DNA of 64,000 bases from Lingula anatina. Lineage: Eukaryota > Animalia > Brachiopoda. A program made the position numbers and the translations under genes. Shown here one piece after another: positions 11,035 through 22,015 of this stretch. The first letter of the stretch is position 1; each line of letters starts with the position of its first letter. The stretch is from contig CM120644.1 of NCBI GenBank assembly GCA_051362555.1, positions 1,806,954 through 1,870,953 of the forward strand. The letters run 5' to 3'. The notes beneath the pieces are model-generated. The model did no database searches. It was given only the letters and a program-made list of their open reading frames with translations, and was not told the origin of the DNA.

Positions 11035-13892
11035 TTTTAACAGAAACCCACTTCATATTTCGTATTGCAGGCTGTCGGTTTTAAGGAGCCAGGGGTGGTG
11101 GACTGCGATACAATCGTCTTGTGTGTCATGTGAGTTGCCTTTATTTTATTTATACAGCATTGGTCAAAAAGGTTGTCCCACCCCTATTTCCATGTACTTT
11201 TATTTACAAATGATCACCTCACGGTTGTAAATTGTTATAAATATTGCTTTTATTACAGATACCGTCTCTAACATGATAAATGATTTAAAAAATACAAATT
11301 AGTGTTAAAAATATACACATTTTATACCATTCAGTAAATTTTATAACAGGTACCCCTAAAATCCACTGTTTCACTGTGACTTATACAGATGTAAAGAAAT
11401 GTGTATTCAATTGAAAAGGCGCCATCAATGCCACCAAATTCACACACAATTAGCATTAGGGTGTGCTCGCCAAAGATCACGTGCCTAACAGCGTGTGCGT
11501 TTACCGCGTACTGCAATTATCTCCTGTAGACGGCGCGACAAGCCTTCAACACGGGTAACAATTCTGTTAAGTGGGATATTGTCCCATTCATCCTAAAGAG
11601 CGTGGTGGAATTGGTCAAGATTATTTGGGAATTGGTTCGCCTCTGCAATGCACATTCCGATTAATGCCACAGGTGCTTAGTAGGATTAATATCAGGTCTC
11701 AAAGACGGTTGTCCTATCATCAGAGCCCTGTGTTTCTGCAACAAATCGCTTGCCAGACGAGAGCTGTGAGCAAGTGCGTTGTCACAATGAAGCCAGTAGC
11801 ATCCCTGAAGTCACCTCTTGCAAACTGAGTGAGATTTCCGTTGAGAATGTTACATTAAAATGCCCCTGTTACGTTTTGTTCCAAAAGAAACAATGTACTA
11901 ATACCATGGGCTTGGAATGTTCTCTAAATACGGACTGATCTAACACCTTAGGCGACATTATCCTACACACACCCTTCCAAGAGGCATTTTTAACATGTCT
12001 GTGGACCCTCATTTGACCATCGATGGGATACAAGAAATAATTTGATTCTGCATCAAAACCGACTTCCTTCCAGTGATGGATGGCTAGGTTCAGGTGCCTG
12101 TGTGATCACTGAACGTAGCATTCTCAGCTGATATATCATTCCATCTTCAAGAACTTACTTTGGGGTTAACTCCAGGCTTCATCATGACTGCACACTTGCT
12201 CACACCTCTCGCCTGGCAAGTGTTTGCTGAAGAAACACAATGCTCCAAGGAGGCAACCACCATCTTTGAGCCCTGATATTTGATTTACTAATCAACTGTG
12301 ACATGAATTGGAGTGTGTAATGCAAAGGAGAACCAACCCCATAAAAACGTGGACCTACTCCCCCAATTTGTGTCAGCAGATTGGGACAATATCCCACCAA
12401 ACAGAATTGTTACCCGTGTTGAAGGCTTGTCGCGCCGCCTACAGGAGATTATAGCAGTACGCGGTAGACGCACACGCTGTTAGGCACGTGACCTTTAACA
12501 GGCACACCCTAATGCTAATTGTGTGTGAATTTGGTGACATTTGATGGCGTCTTTTCAATTTAATAGACATTTCTTTACATCTGTAGAAGTCACAGTGAAA
12601 CAGTGGATTTGAGGGGGTACCTCTTATAAATTTTACTAAATGGTATAAAATATGTATATTTTCACCACTATTTTGTATTATTTTAACCATTACTCATGTT
12701 AGAGACGGTATCTGTCATAAAAAGCACTTTTTCTAACAATTCACAGCTGTGAGGTGATCATTTGTAAATAAAAGTACAGGGAAATTGGGGTGGGACAACC
12801 TTTTTGACCAATGTTGTATAATACTATAGTGCAGCTATTTCGCCAGTACTATTAATGAAGAACATATATCTTTTTGGGAGCCTAAAAGATTTATTCGTAT
12901 ATTCTTATTTTCCAATTACAATGTATTCTCTTTTATCCTATAGATCATCATTCCAATGTCATTATGTATTACAAAGTCTTTCTCCTACATTACCTTATTT
13001 GGTAATGTAATAATCCCTCATCTCTTACACAATGTCTATGATTATCCGTTTTTCCATAACTTTCCATCATTACGTCATCATGTAATCATTCTCTTATTAG
13101 GCAATGGTATGTTACTTGACCTTAGGTCGCAATTTCTATTAATACAGCTTTTTCATTGTATCATCCTGAAGGAATGATAACTGTACTCCCTTGTTCTTTT
13201 GTTATTATTGAACAACACATGCACTCTTTAACTCTCTTACTTACACTGTTTAACCTCTTAACAAATTCATATTGTATTAGTTATGAAAGGTACAATGTAT
13301 TCATTACGATCGCAACTTTATATCTGTACTTTTTAATCATTTTTATTACGATAATACTAATGGGATCTATGCACAGTGTACGACTGTATGCTGACGTGTA
13401 TGTATGGTAGTGTTCGTGTGTATGTAGGAAATTAACTGTGTTGCTCTGTTTTTTCCCAGGCCCACCAAAAACCAAGATATCACAGAGGACGAACTGAGAG
13501 CTCACTGTGAGAAAGAGGTAGGTGAATGTCCATCGTGTTAAGTACACATACAGTATGCAGTGCACTGTTTTCTGTTACTACTACATTGTAATGAAGAGAG
13601 CAGTTCTGAGACTAAGAAATGGTGGGGTTTTACGAAAGATGCCAAATGACCTATTAAAAAAATCAAAGAATAGATCCCAGTGAGAGGAAACGGTCGCCAT
13701 ATGACGTCATTTAGACTACATGTACATGTATATATGGTTTGTGTTCGGGCTTTCTGCTTACTGTACTATGGATATAACATCCCTCTAATTCCTCATTTCA
13801 GCTGTTGGATCACATGTGGCCGGACCACTATGTCGTCATGGAGACGTTCCCCAGGGTGGGGATCAGGCAAAAGGTGACTATGTTTTGACCTA

Positions 13893-13929
<37 letters not shown>

Positions 13930-14163
13930 TATGTCGTCATGGAGACGTTCCCCAGGGTGGGGATCAGGCAGAAGGTGAGGTCGGAGAAAGTTGTTTAAAA
14001 GTGGCTGTGAGTTTTAATTATTTGAAATAGTGAGCGTGTTTGTGTGTGTCATCTCGCCTAGAGGTTTTTCCACACCTTAATGCATGAATAAAATATATGA
14101 TTATTTACCCGTCATTTTTCTTGACTAACGCCCATTTGCCACCCACTTATTTTAACTGAAGAC

Positions 14164-14217
<54 letters not shown>

Positions 14218-14418
14218 GATAGCTTTTCTTAAAGAACAAAGGGGCATTGGATCTGTTTACGTAAACTGTTAAATATGTTTTTAAAGCTGCTTTATGTACT
14301 TCTTATCAGAGTATCAATAATTCTGTCATTTCAGGTATCCAAAGAAGAACTCCTGAAAAATGCCAAGAAAATTCTCCTGGATTCCGGTAAATTGAAGTGG
14401 AGTGAGATGAACCAGTGA
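2945..14418 (+). CDS. ACSF2-like acyl-CoA synthetase / ANL-superfamily adenylate-forming enzyme, copy 1 (18 coding exons, 607 aa)
   Basis: Manually spliced exons: 2945-2973, 3116-3299, 5339-5473, 5807-5860, 6102-6217, 6609-6662, 7429-7540, 8021-8116, 8551-8747, 8957-9054, 9347-9417, 9832-9939, 10077-10225, 10731-10878, 11071-11129, 13460-13517, 13802-13873, 14335-14418. All introns are GT-AG, phases match and the total is 1824 nt. Motifs: SYIHG..TVWECL (ACSF2-type N-terminus), [17 protein letters not shown] (A3 P-loop), GSTE (A5), GEICVRG (A6), WYYTGD (A7), GR (A8), [16 protein letters not shown] (A10 Lys). Exon 1 and the start codon are the least certain parts. Confidence 0.9.
3820..4073. 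repeat. Compound (CA)n-like / (AT)n microsatellite in intron 2 (paralogs ~23116-23287 and ~41067-41315)
   Basis: Degenerate CA repeat followed by an AT run. Confidence 0.9.
6247..6354. mobile_element. 108-bp MITE in intron 5, CACTA/EnSpm-like ends (also 29427-29534 and 48067-48174)
   Basis: TIRs CCCAGCAAACACGT...ACGTGTTTGCTGGG with a possible 2-bp CC target duplication. Present in all three copies, so it predates the duplications. Confidence 0.7.
7007..7355 (+). mobile_element. Short Helentron/HINE-type non-autonomous element in intron 6 (also 30136-30498 and 48786-49148)
   Basis: 5' ACCTCCGCCAAGG motif and 3' hairpin ACCTCCTTG(A/G)CGGAGGTA, the same architecture as 17471-17700. Boundaries are approximate. 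Confidence 0.5.
9502..9831 (+). repeat. 55-bp tandem repeat, 6 units, at the 3' end of intron 11 of copy 1
   Basis: Unit GTAG(T/G)GCTGGGCACTATAGAATACTGGTACAATAGTTTAACCTATCCGTTTTCAG abuts exon 12 at 9832. Confidence 0.95.
10258..10553. repeat. ~30-bp minisatellite in intron 13 (also ~33865-34160 and ~52515-52810)
   Basis: Unit close to GTGATAGTTGTGACAACACACTGGATGATT, about 10 imperfect copies. Confidence 0.9.
11155..12816. mobile_element. Tc1/mariner-derived foldback element in intron 15 of copy 1
   Basis: TA target duplication. Ends are CAGCATTGGTCAAAAAGGTTGTCCCACCCC and GGGGTGGGACAACCTTTTTGACCAATGTTG. Inverted arms are ~620 bp. Copies 2 and 3 show the empty site ttatttatataatactatag. The arms carry a Tc1 transposase C-terminal remnant (WDNIPPNRIVTRVEGLSRRLQEIIAVRGRRTRC*). 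Confidence 0.9.
13929..13980 (+). repeat. Duplicated 3' part of exon 17 with its own donor site (also 35772-35820)
   Basis: ctatgtcgtcatggagacgttccccagggtggggatcaggcagaag|gtgagg is repeated after a (GT)n tract. Confidence 0.9.
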
Positions 14419-15323
14419 AAACAGTGGCGACAAGACAGGCCTGGAATTGTCTCACATCCGGGACTTCTGACATTTGAGAGATTTCTCGCGAGACGAGATT
14501 GAAACTTTCCAGTGACCAATATCGATTTGTGCTAGTATAAACAGAAAAGAAAAAAGGGAAATTAATTTAAGAAATGAAAAAAACAAAATTTATCGAGATA
14601 ATGTTGATGTAATTGACGTTTCTGAAGTAAATTCAAATGACAGTTTTATATGGCGAAATATCCAATGACATGACATCTTTCATCTTTTTCAAAATGAATT
14701 TTATAAGAATGGCAGGATCTCAAGAAAAAAACTATTAGAACATGTGGCACTTATTTTGTTAAATGAACCAAGATGTGTACGTAAAAAATCGTAAATGAAA
14801 TTCTTGCTGTGATTGTAAAGGTTTTAAATGGTCTTTAGGTTTCTGTGTTGCTGCCTTTAACGGGTTCATTATTGTGAAAGAAAAGAATGTTTCAATTTCA
14901 TTTTGTTGAATATTTTTTTGCTCGGGTATACCGTAATCACAGATTGCTGTGTCATGGCTGCCGGGCTGTTGTCAACTCGACACAATTTATACACTGTCGC
15001 CATCTCCTGTAATTCTATATACAGCATGTACTTGTATACGCGTGATAATCTTCAAATCAACAGGCGGACTATCTCTGACCCCTTTACCACCCCAACAGTT
15101 GGAGAGAAAACAAACCTAAACAAACGGAACAATATTTTCTACACTTAGTCTCCCATTTTTAATATATGATATTATTGGAATTATTCAACAAATTCTTTCT
15201 GTAGGCCCTGTGTTTTTCACAAAGTTGAAAATAAGGGTGCACATAAATCTGTCTGTTTTGTTGCACTTGCACACCTGATAAAACATCTCAAACGAGATAG
15301 GATGAGCTTCTTAGGCCCATTCC

Positions 15324-15487
15324 CATAGAATAGGGGACTAACTTGTCAAAGGGTCAACATATGGCGACCCACTACAAAGCTTGCCGTCTAATCCGCTAAT
15401 AGACGCTGAATAGATATCCCTTGGGGAAGTATTCAAGTGGGTCGGCCATTTTTTACCCTTGGACAAATTAGTCCACTGTTCTTTATG
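15324..15487. mobile_element. MITE-like element with ~50-bp imperfect inverted ends
   Basis: catagaataggggactaacttgtcaaagggtcaa...gacccact pairs with agtgggtcggccattttttacccttggacaaattagtccactgttctttatg. Confidence 0.6.
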
Positions 15488-15665
15488 TGGCCATAGTCAC
15501 CATCGGTCTACAAAGCAATTCTGCGGGGACTCACATTGCCTGAAATTAGCTTAACAGATTAACACGCCCCCTCTCGGCGTTAAGTAGAATACAGAAATGC
15601 TGGTGATTATTCGAGTACATATGAAACAAGAGGAGGAGTGTCATTCAGCGTAGCTGATTGTTCTT

Positions 15666-16170
15666 AGACTCCATTCCAAGAGATTAGATCGATCCAAACT
15701 AGATCGACCTAACTCCCTGGGGGTTCACGCTAAATAGCTGTCAGCCGAGCGGACACGAAAGTTAACTAAACCCATACAGCTTGTAGTACATGTAGGCGGG
15801 ACGGACATTTAAGCCGGATTATCTGACAGCAATCTAGTGAGACTCCCCACGGGGATAGATCGATCTAAATGTCTGGGAATACGCCCTTGGACCCCATTCC
15901 CAGAGATTAGATTGATCCAAACTAGATCGATCTAACTCCCTGGGGGTTCACGCTAAATTGATGTCAGCCGAGCGCGCACGGTAGTTAATTACCCCCTTAC
16001 AGCTTGTAGTGGGCGGGACAGACATTTAAGCTGGCTAAGCTGACAGTAATCTAGTGAGACTCCCCACGGGGACAGATCGATCTAAAATCTGTGGGAATGG
16101 GGTATTAGTGAGAGTCCCGCATAGTTGGGTTGATCCATTTAGACCGATGATGTCTATGGAAATGGAGTCT
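15666..16170. mobile_element. Composite MITE region: two tandem ~220-bp palindromic-ended units
   Basis: Units at ~15670-15890 and ~15892-16103 share agattagatcgatccaaactagatcga...gatcgatctaaa..tgggaat. Outer ends read AGACTCCATT...AATGGAGTCT. Confidence 0.45.
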
Positions 16171-17470
16171 TTATTTCATTTGTGGAAATAGTTTACATAC
16201 TGTATATGAACACCGCAAGGCAAACAAAATCTCTGGTGTTGACAAAAACCGGATGTTCACAGTCGAACGAAATATATTGTAAACCGCAATGGTAGACGTT
16301 TTTTATCGCTTTGAAATCCAGGTTAGAGAAACAAATGAAAAAATGCCGTCCAAAATAAGGACAAAGACAAGGCGGTGACAGGCAGCTTAAGTAGGAAGTT
16401 ATGACAGAGATAATATCGGTTGGGTGTATGTTTATCTTTGTAACCCACATATAGCTACATGTACAAAAATATACCCCAACTCAGATGTCACAGTCTCTCA
16501 GGGCATGTGCGCAAAACAGACATTTTCCAAGACCTGGGGCTACCTGGCTTTCTAAAATCCAGTCAACTTAAGCAAGGGCCCATCAAGCAAGTAAAATTAT
16601 ATATTTATTAATAGGTGATCATGAAAGGTGCACTCCATGGGTTTGAAAATCTCGCAAGTGTTTATTTTTGCCTTCCACGGCTTTTCGTAAAAATCTTAAA
16701 AACTACTAAACCCCTTAGACAAATTTTCTGGGGCGTACCTGATGTTGATACATCTTAAGAAGGTGTTTGCTGGTTATAATGACTAGCCAGTTATTTTAAA
16801 CTAAATCAACCTTTATAAATTTAATTTAAGATCGAATTCAAGTGCAGAGGTATAAGATTCGTGAGTAAGAGAAAATTGGTTATTTTCCCGGCAAAATCCA
16901 TTTGGAGGGAAGATCCAAAGGAGTTGCCCTTAAATAAATACTCTCTGCATTAAAATTTATCCGATATAGCGTATGTCATTTCAATAAAAAAACAAGGCAG
17001 CAAAGCTGTCAAATGTACAGACAAAAAACAGAAAATAAAGATGCAAAATAGATCATTTTGTCAATTTTGATGCAATAATAAATAATGCTTATAATAGCAC
17101 TGTCAGTCAACACTGAATTTTAATCATGCACAACAGGTAACATGGTCAATTACAGGAGTGGACCCAGAGATATTTTCTGACAGTATTCCAAAGAATCTAT
17201 GTTGATTCATCCTCCATTTTGATGGTCTTCCAACAGAAAAAAATAGATACCAGTGAATATAAACTTAAAAACCTGACCATCTTCCGGAAGACCCAGAAGA
17301 TGGTCTCAATCCACCCCAATATTTGAAAAATTATGACAGTGCATAAAATAATATTACATAATGTTTAAAGATATAAAAACCAATACAACTGCTTATGTGG
17401 AAATACAGAAAATATAGAAAATGTGCAGATGCCAGTGTTTGAGAAAAAATTAATAAGGAAAACACAACAA

Positions 17471-17700
17471 AACTAGAAAAGCACTCTGAGAGCGCAGACC
17501 TCTGCCAAGGCAGCAATTTTTGATTATTATTGATTATTGATAGATTATTGATCCGAACCACCACTAAAAACTAATCATTGTCCTCTTTGACCCACTTCTG
17601 ACAGTTCCTGAAAATTTCATCAAAATTTGTCCATAACTTTTAGAGTTATGTTCATGACAGACAAACAGGAGTGAAAACATAACCTCCTTGGCAGAGGTAA
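17471..17700 (+). mobile_element. Short HINE-type element nested in the larger one
   Basis: AACTAG start, ACCTCTGCCAAGG subterminal motif, gacagacaaac tract and 3' hairpin ACCTCCTTGGCAGAGGTAA. Confidence 0.65.
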
Positions 17701-17746
17701 ATATAATTCCAATGAAGCTGCTATTCAAACTTTTAATCTTTGAGTT

Positions 17747-17820
<74 letters not shown>

Positions 17821-18703
17821 CTTATTTGCAATATTAAACAAAATTTACCTGCATAATTATCACTGCTTCGTTATTATTAATCTAGCAGAGAGCTTAACCT
17901 TTGGGAGTTTACAGGGAAACATCAACAAGTGTGCTTTATGTAATGTCATTTAATTGCCATTAATTAGGCAAATGACTTTACAACTCTGAAATTAGCCTAG
18001 TGATACCCAAGGGAAATTTACAGACTGACCCTCTCAAAGGTCTTCAGGCCCATAAGTCACACCTTAAGAAAAGCACAAAACAATAATGCACAAAATAGGA
18101 GACTACCAATTCTGATGCAATAATATGTTATGTTTAACTGCACAGTCAACATCAAATTTTAATTATGCACAACAGGTAACACCGACGAAAGTAAAAGCAT
18201 AAGGCTTCAGGCCCATCAGAGTTCAAGTTTATACTTAGCAAGTGCCAGAATGAGAAAAATGAAAATTTCACAAAAAATGCATAAATTTGATAAAAATGAT
18301 AATCTCATAGAGCTGGTTTGCTAATATGACCTGTATGTCAATCCTAAGAATCATTCTTGTAAGACTAGTTGTAAAAATGTATAACTTTCAGAAAAAGAAG
18401 CCAATTAGACTGCTTTTCCAATTAAGGCTGCATTTTGGTCCTGTATTTCTTTTTTGAAAGTTTGGCAATCATAAGTAACATGGTTTTCCCATAATGGTCA
18501 TCATAGCAGCAGCACCCAAATTTGTGTTCTTCTATTCTGATGCAATATTACATAATGGTTAACAGCATTATGACCGTCAATTTTTACTAATAAAATAAAC
18601 GTATCATGGATTTTCAGAAAATGTGACTAGCAAAGGTCTTCAAGCCCGTGGAACTTCAAAGTCACACCTTGAAAATGCCAATATGTGAAAAATTAAATTT
18701 TCA

Positions 18704-18737
<34 letters not shown>

Positions 18738-20809
18738 GTTTAACTGGCAGTAAGAATTACCAATCAGACTGCATTGCCTACTGAAGCTGTAATTTAGTCC
18801 CATATTTCTTTCCTGTAAGTTTGAGAACAGTAAGTGACATGGTTTTTCTTAAATGGTCATCATGGGAGCAGTGCCCAAAATAGTTTTTTTTTTCAAATTT
18901 TGATGCAATATTACATTATGTTTAACAGCATAATGACCGTCAATTTTTAATAATAAAATATAAGTATCATGGATATTCAGAAAATGTGACTAGCAATGTT
19001 TTTTCCCCCATTTTTAACAATTTTTAACATAAAACAAAAATAACAGTTTACTGCCATTTTTATATGATCAACTAAGAAAATTGATGAGATGGGAAAAATA
19101 TCAATAGAGCAGTGTTAAATGTCCAATTTCTTCCATTCTGAGATTCTGAACATAGTGAATGATTGAATCTGACAAACTGCAATGATATGAGTTTATTTCC
19201 ATTTTGAAACTTTATTACACAATACACGATGACAAGTTTACCATCATTTTTACAAAATCAACTAACAATGTTGTAAAGATGCAGGAAATGTGAAACAAAC
19301 ACTTTTACGTATCTTATTAATTAAATAATGAAACTGCTAACATGCCTAAGAATTGAATCTGGAAATGTGAAAAAACAGCATAACTTTTTAAATAATGGCC
19401 CGATTATGCTAATTTTTTTACATGACCTGCGTTTTAGCCGGATTGACCACTCCTGTGAGTATAATGGCAATTGGCCTATCTGTTTTTCTTATATTGTGTT
19501 TACAGTATTGCATATATGCTGAAAAGTGAAAACTAGCTGTACAATTACTAACATGATATGAATAACCCTATTGAGTTTGAGAATAATAAGGCACTGTTAT
19601 TCATCTTTAGCATTAATGTAAGCGTTACACAAAATTTTTCTTTTGTAAACTTATTTTCAATATTAAATAACATTTACCTGCATAATAATCGATTCCTAAT
19701 TATGTGACACAGTTAAGAGAGCTAAACCTATGGGCCTTTACAATGAAATCTCAATGTGTGTTTATGTAATCTCATTTAATGGCCACTTGAAAATCAATTA
19801 AGCAAATTATTTTATAACCTTGAAATAACTTGAAAATCAATTAAGCAAATTACTTTATAACCCTGAATTAACTGCCTACTATCCATATACATTTATTGCA
19901 CCAAATGACACTCTACTGCATTGCTTTCAAAACAAAAAACAATTACAATGGTTTTCCAACACAAGCTGCACTTCAGTCTTTTCAGTAAGGTTGATTATCA
20001 TAAGTAAAATGGTTTTTCCTTAATCGCTATCCTGGCAGCAGTGTCCAAAGTAGGGTTTTCTTCAAGTTTCATGCAATATAACATAATACTTAACAGCAAT
20101 AAACCATCAATTTTTTATTAAAAAAATAAAAGTATCATGGATATTCAGAAAATGTGATACGGAAAGGTCTCCAAGGACATGGAAGTTCAGAGTCACACTT
20201 GCAAAATGCCAAAATGTTAACAAGAGATAACTGTACTGAAATGATTTTCTTTCCATTTTCAACACCTTTTTTACATAAAACAATAATCAATTTACTGTCA
20301 TTTTTATATGATCAACTAGGAAAATTGTTGACATAGGAAAAATATACATAGAACAATTTATAATGTCCAATTTGCTCCATTTGGAGATTCTGAACATAGT
20401 GAATGATTGAATCTGACAAACTGCAATGATGAGTTCCTTTCCATTTTTGATACTTTATTACACACTGCACTATAATAGATTTACCGTCATTTTTATATAA
20501 TCAACTAACAATATTGTTAAGAAGCAGAAAATGTCAAAACAACACTTTTACATATCCAATTAGTTCCGTAATGAGACTGTTAACATGCTTAAGAATTAAA
20601 TCTGAAGAAAAACCACTTATATACAAAAAGGCTAATAACTTCATCAAAACTTAACTGATCAAGCTTATTTTCAAACTTGATCTGTATACTGGTCAGATTG
20701 ATCACTCCTGTGAGTTGCAAGACAAAAGGCTGATTGGTTTTCCTTAAAATGCGTTATCAGTGTTGCATGTATGCTGAATAAAGGAAAAAAACAGCATTAC
20801 TTTTGTTAA

Positions 20810-21740
20810 AATAGTCCAATCACGCCAATTTTCAAACTTGACCTGCGTATTATAAATATTCACCAGTTCTGTAAATTTCAATCCAAAAGGAAAAACATTT
20901 TTACACTTATCAAGTTATTGGTGTTACAAAAGTGCTGAAAAAATTGAAAAAAAAAAAAAAAAAAACAGGATAACTTCCATAAAAATTGCCCGATCTTGCT
21001 GATTTTCAAACTTGACCTGCGTATTATGAATATTCATCAGTTCTGCAAGTTTCAAGCCAAAAGGTAAATTGGTTTTCCACTTATCGTGTTATCGGTGCTG
21101 CATATATGCTGAAAAAAGTGAAAAATCAGCATAAATTCCCTAAAAATAACCCAATCATGCTGATGTTCGAACTTGACCTGCGTATTATAAATATTCATCA
21201 GTTCTGCAAGTTTCAAGCCAAAAGGTAAATTGGTTTTCCACTTATCGTGTTATCGGTGCTGCATATATGCTGAAAAAAGTGAAAAATCAGCATAAATTCC
21301 CTAAAAATAACCCAATCATGCTGATTTTCGAACTTGACCTGCGTATTATAAATATTCATCAGTTCTGTAAGTTTCAAGCCAAAAGGTAAAACAGTTTTCC
21401 ACTTATCGTGTTATCGGTGCTGCATATATGCTGAAAAAAGTGAAAAAACAGCATAAATTCCCTAACAATGATCCAATCATGCTGATTTTCGAACTTGACC
21501 TGCGTATAATGAATATTCATCAGTTCTGTAAGTTTCAAGCTAAAAGGTAAAACAGTTTTCCACTTATCGTGTTATCGGTGCTGCATATATGCTGAAAAAA
21601 GTGAAAAAACAGCATAAATTCCCTAAAAATGACCCGATCATGCTGATTTTCGAACTTGACCTGCGTATTATGAATATTCATCAGTTCTGTAAATTTGAAT
21701 ACAAAATGTAAAACGGTACTCCACTTATCGTGTTATCGCT
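20810..21740 (+). repeat. 161-bp tandem (satellite-like) repeat, ~6 units
   Basis: cttgacctgcgta recurs at 21011, 21172, 21333, 21494 and 21655 (period 161), with more degenerate units upstream. Confidence 0.9.
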
Positions 21741-22015
21741 GAGTGCACGGCGACGACGGCGACGACGGCGACGACAGACGCAGATGATGGCTATATGTAC
21801 AGACACATCTGTGTCTGTACATAAAAAGGCTGAAAGTTAGTGTAAACCAGTGACTGTCGAGTGATTCTAGATAAAGACAAGGATCCACCTACCCGGAGTG
21901 AGAGGTCAGAGATAACGCTTATATATGAATTGTATTTATTATAGCGGTGTGTATAGAGTGTATATGTGTCAGTGTCTATTCACGAGTACGTCTGTCTGGC
22001 ATTGAGAGAAGAAGG

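Larger units (their letters stand above)
16991..21827 (+). mobile_element. ~4.8-kb Helentron-associated (HINE/pearl-like) non-autonomous element upstream of copy 2
   Basis: Starts AACAAG, then a small hairpin and the subterminal motif ATGTACAGACA. Internal 161-bp tandem repeats, then an (ACGGCGACG)n tract and the 3' palindrome ATGTACAGACAC-ATCT-GTGTCTGTACAT with an A tail. The flanks join to match the upstream sequence of copies 1 and 3. Confidence 0.75.
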
